A stretch of 64,000 bases of DNA. It comes from Raillietiella orientalis. Taxonomy: Eukaryota. Shown here piece by piece: positions 23,775-35,099 of the stretch. The notes beneath the pieces were generated by a model. It was not told the origin of the DNA. It was given only the letters and a program-made list of their open reading frames with translations, and did not search any database. The stretch's first letter is position 1. Each line of letters opens with the position of its first letter. Both the position numbers and the translations under genes were made by a program. The stretch lies in contig JAYWIR010000008.1 of the NCBI GenBank assembly GCA_036172245.1, forward strand, positions 3,100,001 to 3,164,000, written 5' to 3'.

Positions 23775-23899
23775 CAATCCCGTAATCCCGTTGCGACAAA
23801 CGTCCACGCAGTCACAACGTGGAGAAAAATCGATTCTTCGGCGCGCTCGGGAGCCACTGGCTAAGCAACGCGGATCCCAACGTGGTTCATATGATATCA

Positions 23900-25300
23900 T
23901 AGCTCAACCTCCGCCTGCTATCTAATGGCACCCGAAGAAAAATCTTCGAGGACAGATGGACGAGTTGCGCGGTCGGCTGACGCTGCCAACTTGCTCACTC
24001 ACTGGGAAGTACAACTCCGACCACTTGGATCACCTGTGTTCGCTAGTGGGTCGAACAGGCAAAATGGGATCGACCCTGTCAGGCCATTCCAGGATCGAGC
24101 CGCAGCTGCATCCCCTTGGCCGAGGCCATCTGCTGAATCTGTGGAGGCTACCGGCAGATCAGCTCAGCCAGCCGGAAGCCGCGGAGCAGGTCTCCTCTCC
24201 TTCCTCAGTGGTTAGGGTGCATACGTTTGAAGGATTTGATTTCTTTGCCATCACCAAGCTGGAGGACTGGGAGCTCTTCAGGGATTCCGCCCGACAGTTT
24301 TGCGTCCGGAAATACCCGCACCTCCTGCTCCAAGGCTTAGGGTGGGGTATTGGTAACAGCAGGGTTTTTTTTTTTCTACAGGCACGGACCCACTCCAGGT
24401 GTCCATATGCACGCGGGCATGCAGAGTACAGGACGAGGACAGAAAGACAGATTTGGCTGTCCGGAGGAGCATGTCTTCTGGACGAGAAAAGCCTGGAACG
24501 ATCGGATTCAGCTGAAGTAAAAAAAAAAGTAGTGCGTAACTTTTACTCCAAGATACACGCAAACGCACCCTTCGAGCTCGACTTCACAGAGAAGCCACTT
24601 CCAGGGTGCGCTTCAGAGCTAAGCGAGGAGGAGTATGTGCGCTTGGACGAGTGCTTTCCAATGGCGAAGATCGCCTCCGCCGTCGGAAATCTCGAAAAGC
24701 GTGGAGCACCAGGAGAAGACGGCCTGCCGGCGGACTATTCCCAAGTCTACTCTGCAGATGTGTACCCCTGGTTCGTAAGCTTCCGATGCTGATACGGGAG
24801 AGGTGCGAGGTGCCTTCCTCTTTCCGATCGGCTCGAGTTCGTCTCCTCCCGAAAGGAAGAGGCGCACTCTGCACGAGCAGCTGGCATCCGATCACCTTGA
24901 TGACCTCGGACGCCGAACTGCTCTCAAAACTGTGGGGCCATCTCCTGGGGCAGGTTGTGAACTTTGCCATCAGCCCGGTACAGTCCCACACTGTTCCTGA
25001 GGGTACATAAAGAACTACCTGTTCTTCACGCAGATCTAGGTTCGGCTGCAGAAAAGGGTTGCAACTGAGTACTACAGGGCCAATAGTACTCGGAAAGATG
25101 AGAAAGGCCAGAAAGACGGGAATCACCGGGAGTCTCGCGGCTGCAGTTGTTCTCGATAAGTCGTTCTGCATAAACCAAGGACTCCTTCTGAAACTCCTGG
25201 AATGCTTAGGTCTCCTGCAAATCCTTCTGATCTATGTACACTCGCTTTGGAGAACTGAACTCATAAATATCACTTTCCGTGGCTGAGACGTGTACGGCGT
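23900..25300 (+). mobile_element. Continuation of the interrupted LINE ORF2 (APE end plus RT)
   Basis: NLRLL..MAP (YAP-like), GRGHLLNLWRLP, APGEDGLPADY, WHPITLMTSDAELLSK, LLKLLECLG. Confidence 0.8.
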
Positions 25301-26287
25301 GACCCAAATAAAGTGCCTTCGCATATTTTGACATTTCCAACAATGCTTCTTATTTAACTGCTCACTACAATTCAGGAATTATTAACATATACGTATTGTG
25401 GGGGAATTTTCTCATTTAAACAATGAAATAATTTTACATTCTGAATCAGTTTTCAATCTGGAAAGAATGGCAACATACTCGATAAATTGCTTATTTGCAA
25501 GAACACTATCAAGTTCTTCAGTAATGTGAATGGTTCAACTGCGTCCATACAATTTTGTATGTTCAGTTTAGCGTTCTCAAAATGTCTAGAACATCGGTGT
25601 GTTCATGTTTATGTATCTAGTAATTCATAGTTTCTGGATTTGCAAACAGCACTGATCTCTAACAGATTTCTCTATCTATCAAATACGCTAACATTGGTAA
25701 TAGGAGAAGAAACCGTTCTGTCACAGTTTTCTGCATATCTCTTGGTTTCCGATTTTTATCAAACATATTCCCTGGAGCTTTTCCGAATAGCTTCTCCCAG
25801 TACTGATGGTTAGTCCTATGAAATAATTCGATAATGAAGAGGCGTAATTTAGGTTTCCTATTTTTTATAATGTCCAGTTCCAAGATTTTTGGTAGAATAA
25901 GAGCTAGTCTCAAGTGGTGCTTTTGTAAATACAAACCTTGAGATCAGAAGTACACAGATTTGCACCAGATGTAATGTAAGAAACCTAGATAAAGCAGAAC
26001 AAGAAAATATTCTGCAAAACTCAACGATTTTAACCATGAGTTACTATCAAATTCAGAGACCGTCAGAACAAAACAAATGTGTCTTAGTATTTGTGAATGG
26101 AGGATATTGCACCAAAGAAATTCATGAATATGGTAACATTGCACATTATTGGATTTAATAATTTTCGTTTGGAAGGCTAAAAGTTTCGTTTAAATCAATT
26201 TATTCCGCATACAAAATGCCAGTAAACCCCTTTAGTTTTGAAGTTGAAGGTAAACACACTACTCAGCCAGTTTTTTGAACTTGAAGC

Positions 26288-28393
26288 ATGTCTGTTGAGG
26301 GAGCTTCCAACGGTAGAGGCACCAACATGGAATTAGAAACAGAGAGGGTGAACAATGCAGAACTAATGAAGCTTAAGCGAGAATACCGAGTTTTAGAGAA
26401 GGAAAGGAGAAAACTTTTAGAAGAGTCCAAAAATGATTTATTGAAACGTAGGTTGGTATTCCCATTAATGATACGTAACGAGCAATAACATCCTTACGTT
26501 CCTGTATTGCTTTCATCAGAACTCTTATCAAAAGGCTAGAAAATGAAAAACAGCAACTTGTGACAGCACTGAATATTGCAGAAAATCCTTCAAATAAGTT
26601 AAGGAGCAAGAAAGAATCTTTAATGTTAGCCAAATTGCTATCTGAACAAGAAGATACTAAGAAATTAATTGAAGAGGAAACAATGCAGGTAGTGTTGCAG
26701 ACTAGAAAAAAGGGCTCCATGATCTTATTCCAAACAGATAAATTCTCTCGATCTGGAAATTAAGGCACTGAAAGATGATTCAGAAATTAATGCAGATGCT
26801 GTCACTGAAACCAAACACTTAGATTTACAAGAAACCATTGAAAAATTGGAAAACAAATTGGAAACGGTACCTATGTGTAGTGCCTTGGATCCCTCTAAAA
26901 TCTATAATCAAGCTTTCCGTACATTTCAATGAAACTCTGGCTGAAAATGCAGCCATGAGAAAGAAGATTGATGATTTGATGAAAGAAAGATCACAATTTG
27001 GGAAAGAGTTTGAGAATCTGAATAAGCAGATGACAGATGTGAGGAGAGAGATCCAGAACTTAACAGAACAAGCTATACAGGCATTTGACCAAAGGTCTGA
27101 TCTGTTTCTTCACGTAGTGAATTTAAACATGAGATATTGTAGGGAGGAAACATTTACAAAGTTGCAAGGTCTGCAAAAAAGATGTGAAAGAGAGACTCAT
27201 CAGAGCACTAATGATATGCAAGAACTGCAAAGATATCTTGATCACAATCAGAAGTTGCAAGAATTCATGCAATCTAAAAATCATGAGAGGCAACGGACTC
27301 TAGAAATTGAAAATGAAAAGCAAAATGCTAGGAAGAGTAAATGCGTTGTTTGTTTGTAGATAGATTCTATATTGCAAACATATTTCGAATAGCAGTAAAC
27401 TGTGGTGGAAATCGTAGGTCCTCTGAGTGAAAGAATGGACTTATCATCTGGAGAAGCACTGCAATACTACCAGGACATATTGAATGAGATTCAAGAGATG
27501 GAAAATGTGGTGGAAGTGGATCAGCTAGTGGATGTTTTTCGTGCAAGAGAAGAACAGAACTTTTCTTTGTTCTGCTACATTCATATGTTGAATAGAGAAG
27601 CAGAGGAATTGCAGTTGCAGCTGCAAAAACAGATGGAGCAGATCACACAGATTGAGGAAGAAGGTGCTATGGAAGAAGAGATGAGAGAGGAGCAGAAGCA
27701 AATCATAGGGGTACTCTAAATATCAGTAATTTTGTAAGATACTTGGATACTTGTTTTAGCAAGAGGTTGCTGTGAGTGAGGAGCTGGCACACAAGGAAGA
27801 AGAATATGTTAGGGAAATGGAGGAAACATTTTTCCACGTCACTTCAGGAGTCCGTGAGCTGTACCAGAAACTTCATTGCAGAGATGAGCAACTGTCTGCT
27901 TATTTAGGTGAGGCATGATGAAGGTGGCCACTGATTTACATGGTTTCAGGAGACCAAGATCAAGTGACTGTGGACAACCTCATTCTATACATTGTTGCCA
28001 TAGAGAAGCGTGTAGGGGAGCTATTGCTAATGAAGGAAGTTTTGGATCAGGGCTCAAAAGCGGCTCACAAAAAAGTTTTGAAAAAGTTGTCAGAGATCAT
28101 CATTCCTGTGCCCCAAGGTGCACCACAACTGCAAAGCCCTGCTCCAAGCATCAGGTGAGTGACAGAAGAGCCCTGTGCCATTTTTTTTCTCAAGGGAAGA
28201 CGTGGGAGACTTGTGGGGTTGGCCTCTCACTGAAGCAGAACTGCGAGCAGAAGCTTGGAACCATCACGAAATCTCACAGGTGGATTTCCCGAGTTCTCCA
28301 AAGCCAAAGACCAGGTCCACCAAACCTCGAGGCATCAAAGAGGAGCTTACAAGCCCAGCATATCACCGCAAATCATTTCATACGCACTTCTGA
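26288..28393 (+). CDS. ODAD1: Outer dynein arm docking complex subunit (ODA1/DC2; ODAD1/CCDC114/CCDC63 family), 9 exons
   Basis: Exons about 26288-26451, 26520-26688, 26738-26866, 26913-27094, 27143-27336, 27418-27710, 27760-27907, 27950-28154, 28195-28393 splice in frame at GT-AG sites; family motifs FNETLAENAAMRKKIDDL, EEQNFSLFCYI, YIVAIEKRVGELL, PLTEAELR. Confidence 0.88.
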
Positions 28394-28799
28394 CGGCATA
28401 ATGGCGTCAATATGGCCTCAGGATGCAGCCAAAGGACGGACATGCTCCTGATGAATCTGTGATTGCGCTGTGGTCGTTGTTTCATAACATGCTGGAGACA
28501 AGAGAAGAGATGAACTGCCAGTTGGGTCACATATACCGGTCTCCACTGCTGCATTTCCTAGTTTCCAGTTTGGGGAAGGATTCGGCATTCCCTGCGAATA
28601 AAGATTTCATGCTGGACTTTGGTCGTCGACTGGCATTTTTGAAGAAGAATCCTAAGCTGGTGTCAGCATACTATCTGTAAGGGACAGGCAAACATCCACA
28701 GGCCACCTGGCGTCCATATGGCCACATCACATGAGCGCTCCTCCTGGAATTTTTGCCTTGCTTCGATGCCGTGAAATTGTTTCTCGAGCATTGCGGATA

Positions 28800-29900
28800 C
28801 AGCTGCGCTTACATTAACACGAGATGCGAGTAGTTTTCACCCGAACACGTCTCTATTTTCCAAGAAACCAAGTTCTGTTCTCATGTTCCACTTGATCGAC
28901 TTCCATTTGAGTTTCGGAAACTTGATACAAAGCAATATTTATCTACATTCAATTTCATTCATGCAGCACAGATGATAGTCCACCAAAGACGATCTCGAAT
29001 GCATTGATGACCACCAGTCTTTGGGATGCAGCTTTTCTTTTCGAAGTACGCCGAGGTGTGGCATATTTTTGCGCCTCCACAGCACCCAATAGGTGACAGG
29101 TGGCGTAGTGAACACTGCGCCAATATCTGACCCACTAACGTTTCAAGTCCCTCACCAGAACTTCATAAATTTGCCATGCACTTTATTGATCTGAACTACC
29201 ATCCGACCGAAGAGCTGTAGATTCGGCCAAATGAATTTCAGACCGCTTTACGGACATTTTTCAAGTAGGCGAGCATGTCTATGATCGAAATCTTCATTGA
29301 AGATTTTGTCTGGAGGATCCATGCAAAGCCAGACCCACGAGAGTCTCGTTTCAAACATGGACGTTAAGCTCGCGTGGAGCTCAGTGAGTTGTCTCTTCCT
29401 GGAGAGCTCATGCAGTCTGACATCTTGTCAAAAGGTAATCACCGACTGCTCATTCTCATTTACGTAGATTGGTACTGTAGATTCGAGCAGAATTCTTTCG
29501 CTTCGGTAGGTGTAAAGTCTTCAGCGTATAAGCTTCAGAAACAACTCTGCAAACAAAGGAAGTGGTTGACAGGGATATCCATTTCCATGTATCCTAGGAT
29601 GATGGCTCTCCTGCTTTGTCGTTTGCATATGAAATATTCATCATATGTAACAGAACTCTCACGCAGCGCAGCCACTGAACTGTTAGTTGTGTTGCAAACG
29701 GCACTTCATCTTCATATCGTCTGATCAGAGAACTGGTAGCTCTCTGATTTGTTCTTATTTGTGCAGTCTTCACCATTCGTAAAGGATGAGAGGCTATTTC
29801 GACTGTAGGAACGTTTCTTTCGAAGTACCATGGAAACGAGGTAGCAACAGCTAACTCATCTTTATCTTCCCTTAGCGGAGCAACGCTTTTCACGCAGTAG
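28800..29900 (-). mobile_element. Possible hAT transposase remnant
   Basis: LAVATSFPW (TRW-like), CMDP, HPKDWWSSM and FPKLKWKSIKWNMRT (dimerisation-domain-like) in correct order, many stops. Confidence 0.35.
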
Positions 29901-30029
29901 AGTGGAAGGAAAGGGAAAGCTGCAGGAGGTTCTTGAGATCCTGAGGAAGGAGTTGCGGCGCGGGGGGGGAAAAGGTCACAGGCTCACTTCTGCAGCCAGG
30001 TTTCCGAGTATCACGAATGACTCAGGGGA

Positions 30030-31130
30030 GTCAAAGAGAAGCACTCACCTCCTCTGCATATTCGCAAATGGAGAAGAGTCTATTATTTTAGTAACGTGGC
30101 ACAGGGTTCCTACCTCATATCTCTTTGTTACTATGGAGCCGCTGTTGCAGACAAAAACCAGACGATCACACCGACATTTGCGGGTGTTCACTAGAAGTGC
30201 CAAACCACGAAGGTTGCAGGTGCACCGTTGCCCGAGGAGGACCACTGATGTTGCCTCTGATGTTGGGCTGCTTTGCGACTCGTAGGATCAAGAGAGAAGA
30301 TCGAAGGAGTGCAGAGACATCGAGCAGATGTGTGCAAATGGATCTGTGAAACTGGAGTCGCAGAACTCCTGAGAGCCTGCAAGCCAACTATCTTTGTACC
30401 TCTGATCTTATGTAGCTGCAGGACATCTACGAGATTTCCTCGGAGGAGGCTGCTGAGATCGCGCTTTTATGCTCCAAATGGATCTGCGAGACAAATGGAA
30501 ATCTTCTGAGATCATGCGTGACCTGCGCGGTCATTGTCTCTTGAATTCCGGTCCCGGAGCGGACGATCTCGAAGCAGGGGATTTCAAGGTTCCGCTACCA
30601 TTCGGCGAGAGCAGCACTCGGGGACAGAGTATGCAGGTTAACAAGCTACGAACAAAGACCAAACAAATCGAAAAAATATAAATGGTCGATGAGGAGAGGG
30701 AAGGGGTCACCGAGATTTTCGTAATCCAGTCCTACCACCTCTGCGTTCTTGCACTATGCGGGCCAAGTTCTTTCCTGCCCACTGCTTTCCAGTGAGGCCA
30801 CTTTCTGGAAAAGTCACACCATGTTGTTGCCGAGAAGAATGGTCTCCCTATATTCTTGGACGTGCATCTCTCTCCAGGCGTTCTGCCACGATGCCCTGAA
30901 CGCAGCACAGTATCGGTCTTGGAGAGCCTCTGCGGACGAAACAAACGCCTCAGCAGGTTCCAAGGGCATGTCAGCTGAGTACGAAGGGGCTGCTATTAGC
31001 CTCTTGCATCTCGCGGGAAGAGCATCACACTCCAGCAAGTGGTGTGGGATTGATTTGAACCTACTACATCTCAAGCAGCTCAGGGAATCACTACCACTGG
31101 CTTCACTATGGCAACACCTACTGCACGGAG
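30030..31130 (-). mobile_element. Old LINE ORF2 C-terminus followed by RING remnants
   Basis: CLRCSRFKSIPHHLLEC, RKWPHW; then (C)SICLADP, SCSYI, FCDSS, ICSMS, RCTCN. Confidence 0.55.
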
Positions 31131-31479
31131 CACTTCCGCGTAAAAAGAACCCCGTGGTGTGACAGAGTGAGAGAGAAAGCACGGAGCTGCCCATGAGGAC
31201 TACTAAGACTACAATTTCCCAAAGTTTCCATCTTTAGAGTTCCTCTAGAGGCACCATCCCTTGTGCCTCTACTTTTATGGCTCGTAGAAGGCTCCATCCA
31301 TCGAGAAGCTTGGTCTTTCCCGCTGGTGTGCCGAGGACCACCGAAACTCACTATGCTTGGACGCTGTAGTGGCCTCGCCGTAAAATGTCCCTAATGGATG
31401 CTTCGCGACGTGATCGAGGATGACCACCGATGGCACTACAGGTTCGTTTTCTCCCCCCCCCCCTTTCCTCCTTCTCTCC

Positions 31480-31790
31480 CCCTTCTGCATCACAACGTAT
31501 TGGAGCATGCGCTGGAGTCACAGGACAGATCGAGGCCTCAGATCTCGACGTGGTGGTTCCAATCCTTTCAAGCTCTAGTCCTTTCCAGCCACCCAGTTCC
31601 CGTGCCCGCTAGGGGTCGATGGAATCACTCGAGCACCTGCTGATAGACTGCGGCACCCCCTGCTCCTTATGGAAGCGTCTCGTACCAGTGCTCCTGCATT
31701 CGGGAAACGCGCCTTGTGACCTGACGAGTTGATTCTTTGGTGAAGGAAAACTTTTGCCTGCTTCCGTCATTCCAGTGTCTTTCGCCCAGG
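31480..31790 (+). mobile_element. LINE zinc-finger fragment
   Basis: ESLEHLLIDCG..LWKRL. Confidence 0.45.
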
Positions 31791-32479
31791 ATGACCTGCT
31801 TGACTGTGGATATCATTCTACATAAACGCTCGGAAGTCGCAGGTATCAAACAAAATTGAAGCTTGACCAGGTATCATATATCGACTATCACGCTAAGCAG
31901 CTCGTGCAAGATGGCTGTCACTGACACCCGCGCTCGCACAACCCCACTGAACATCTTAAAAGGCAATGGGGAATCGTTTCCAGCCGGATCGCGTGGACAG
32001 CGCCGAAATGGACAGTTTGATTACTGCCGAGTCTTTCGGAATGTCGAGGTTTCTTCCGTGTAACGTGCATCACTGTCTGACGTTCCTTTGAGAATAAGAA
32101 AACCTTCCTCCCTTAACGCTTACTGGTGATCAGAGATTGTGGAACAGAGTTGCATTTTTGAAGCGCGGGTCCACAGCCTGGCATTTTGAGCTCTTCAAGA
32201 TCGTCGGAGAGGACCTTGAAGTTTCTGGAGTTCTCTGAGAAACTCGATCCATGAAGCTTTCGCAATATGAGGCCCTAAGTCCCTAAAGCAGGGTGGTGAC
32301 TCAGCCGTGGTCCACCCTAGTTCCGTTATGGCTATGCCTCGCGGACGCTACGAGGAGGCTGCCGTCACTCGGGAGATCACCGTCGCGGTTTTCTCGACCA
32401 AAACCATCTCTCTCATCGCAGGCACAATTCTGAGAGCACAGTCCCGTGTTAGGGAGTTTCCTAAGGAGTCACTGTGTCA

Positions 32480-32850
32480 TCCCTTACAGGGGATAGAGCC
32501 TTGCATGACCTCCGAAACTCACCAGAAGGACATAGTGATGAAAAAAGGAAACCAGTTCATAGTGCTGGACGTCTGCTTCCAGTACGAGGGTGGAGACGAG
32601 GCGTTCAGAGCAACTAAAAGGAGAAAACAGGAAAAATACAAGTGGCCCTCCAGCAAGGAAGAGAGGGAAAGCAATACAGGGTGTATGCTTTCATGGTTGG
32701 CTTTCTGGTAGCCTGGGATCCAGGAAACGAGGGAGTACTACAGGACCTTGCAATTCCAAAAAAGAACTTGGGGACGGAGAGGCACCTAACGGTGACTCCG
32801 TGTATCCGGCACTTTAGCGACATTTATGCAGCCCACGTCCCATGAAGGAC
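32480..32850 (+). mobile_element. R2/NeSL-like non-LTR element, restriction-like endonuclease fragment
   Basis: QKDIVMKKGNQFIVLDV..YE..KQEKY and AFMVGFLVAWDPGNEGVL (PD..D/ExK RLE pattern). Confidence 0.7.
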
Positions 32851-33059
32851 CGACAAAAAGATGCAGCAGGTGAAGCGAGCAATGTGCGGTCACCGAACAG
32901 AGACAGTGGAAGGCAGCGGAAGCGGAAGCGCTCCCGAAACACATCCTCGGTGCTCGGTCCTCGGTCCGTTTCTGATCGGATGAGACCGGAAGCTTCTGAG
33001 CAAAGTGCAGGAAAAAAGTTTTCTGCAGTGACAAAAAATTTTTCCATCTGCATAGCAGA

Positions 33060-34330
33060 GCACTAGAGACTGGAACCACATCCTGAACCGAGAGCTCATC
33101 AGGCCTTTCCGATATTTCAGATTTCTCCTATGCAAGCGCCGTCCTCCCGCGAACGTTGTCCAGGAAGCGTTTTCTTCCCGATGCAAGAGGCTCCGTTTGC
33201 AGCGTCGGAATTTTTGATTGCAGCGAAGCGTGGAGCTTCCGTACGGCTACAGAAATTTTCCGCAATCTCTTTCTCCCCGCTAATGGCTATCATCGCCTGC
33301 CATTGGATCTCTGGATTTGGATGGTTGCCAATGTTGATTCCAATTTTGTGTTTTTGGCCTTCATCATGATGGCGCGTTCGAAATGCGATTGATTTGTACT
33401 TTTTCCTTTTCTTTCCGCATTTTGTTGCCTCGGTACAACCGAGGCTCAGTTGAGGAAAAGTGTCGTGAATTCCTTTATGGGATTGTTTGAGTCGTGGATC
33501 CATCATCCATTTCACGGAAGCCACCAACATGAGCCTGGAGACAATCCGTGTCCTTCCACATGGGAACTGTGAGTGCCCCATTTGCCACAGCAATTTGTTG
33601 CTCCAGTTCAATGTTGCTTTTATTTCGCCGTTGGACAGTCCATGGTCAAGTACTTTCCTGGTTCTCTAAGTATGTATCCCGGTAGAAATACCAGTCTTTG
33701 TCATAATTCAGAAGAAAAAGTTTTCCAACTGTTATTCGAAGGCGTTTGAGGCTTCGATGGTGAAAATCTTCTGAAATTCGACCTCGTACATGGACTCGAG
33801 CCTCTGGACCGCAGTTTGTGCCGATGTCCAAGCACCGATCCGCGTCTGGGAAAGGGACGAAGTTGCTTCGTGCCCATTGATGTTTGCTTCGGCAGATGGA
33901 GCCTATCGAAAAGAAGGAGAGGCGAGCATCCCTGTGTTCGATCCCGTCTCTTCTGGTACTTGTCGAAAGATCAATGGTTATGCGCGAGCCCGTCGTTGAA
34001 GCGCTTCTTTCTCGTTTACTGAGACGCTGCTGCATACGACCTTGGCAGTGTTGACTCGGCTGCAGCAAACACGAAGTCTTCGCTCCAGAATCGAGCGATT
34101 TGGCGTGCAGTTGAATTCTTCTCGTGTTCCGCGTGCCGGAAGCACCGTTATGCGCGACGGCTGCAGGCGTCCGCGTGGTGATTCAGGGTTTATCTGGACA
34201 CGGATGGATCACCTTTGTAAACCGCCATCCTCTTTTATTGGCAAAATGTTGGATTGTGAAGGGAATCCCGCAAAAGCTCCATCATTCTACTTTTCCTTTC
34301 ACCCGATGAATCAGATGATTCATCGGGCGA
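33060..34330 (+). mobile_element. Old LINE ORF2 C-terminus followed by RING remnants
   Basis: WNHILNREL, IFDCSEAW, EIFRNLFLP; then ATG 33529 MSLETIRVLPHGNCECPICH, VCADV, VASCPL, PCVRSRL, LCAS. Confidence 0.55.
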
Positions 34331-35099
34331 AAGGATTGCCCGGTGAGGTATCATGAAGTTCTTTCCCTCAGGAAGGATGAAGACGACCAGGGACTTCGCG
34401 TGTCAGGAACCATGATGCGTTTTCATTACGCGCGATATTTCAATCTTCTTCAACGTTGGCGACGTCCTGAATAATAACTAACTTGACCTTGAGTGTCTGC
34501 AGCAGCAGCTGTGGGAAAATCTGCGCACATTCCCCAGGGTTCCGTTGTGGAATGCACTCCTGACACCGACGCTTGTTCATAAATGGATGCCACGCATGTT
34601 GCGAAGAGCCTTCTCCGTGTTGCACTGCTCCCAGCTGCAGAGGTTGCAGCAAAGGGCACCGGCGCCCGGAGTGCAGCGCCTGCGACAGAGAATGCAGCGC
34701 ATCCGAAGAGCAGAGTGACGAGAAAGGCGCGGGTCATTTCGTCACCGGCTGAGACCTGGAGTAGGGGTTTTTCCTATTGACGGACGACTTTATCGCACTG
34801 TAACGGCAGGCCCGAGATCCTCCTCTTCCACTTCCTTTCCTCCTCCTGCTACTCGATGTTACTCGATGATGGCGGGAACAAACCACGGGGGTGAAGAAGC
34901 AGCGCCTGGCTGTCGTGAAGTTCCACCTGCCGATCCGGTCTCCTCCACCAACGGGAGCGCAAGCCTTTTTCTCATCGTTCTTCTTGAAAGGTTGCTGGAC
35001 ATTTGTCTTGCTGCGTGACTTGACGTTGAAGCCACTGCATCCAGACTCAAGCAACGGTGGCTTCACTAAATGAAAGAAACGTTCGAACGTTAGGCGCAC

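Larger units (their letters stand above)
21435..23900. mobile_element. Endogenous CRESS-DNA (circular Rep-encoding ssDNA) virus, near-complete ambisense genome
   Basis: Convergent degenerate rep (+) and cap (-), strong A/C strand skew unlike the flanks, about 2.4 kb, interrupting a LINE APE domain. Confidence 0.85.

Noticed and set aside
23735..23791. Four AATCCCGT repeats as viral iterons around an origin hairpin
   Set aside because: The hairpin matches the LINE 3' end and lacks a nonamer, so the 17-mer duplication is better explained as a TSD. The original two units could still be iterons.
25320..26200. Minus-strand ORFs as a divergent gene
   Set aside because: No consistent splice pattern or motif could be supported.
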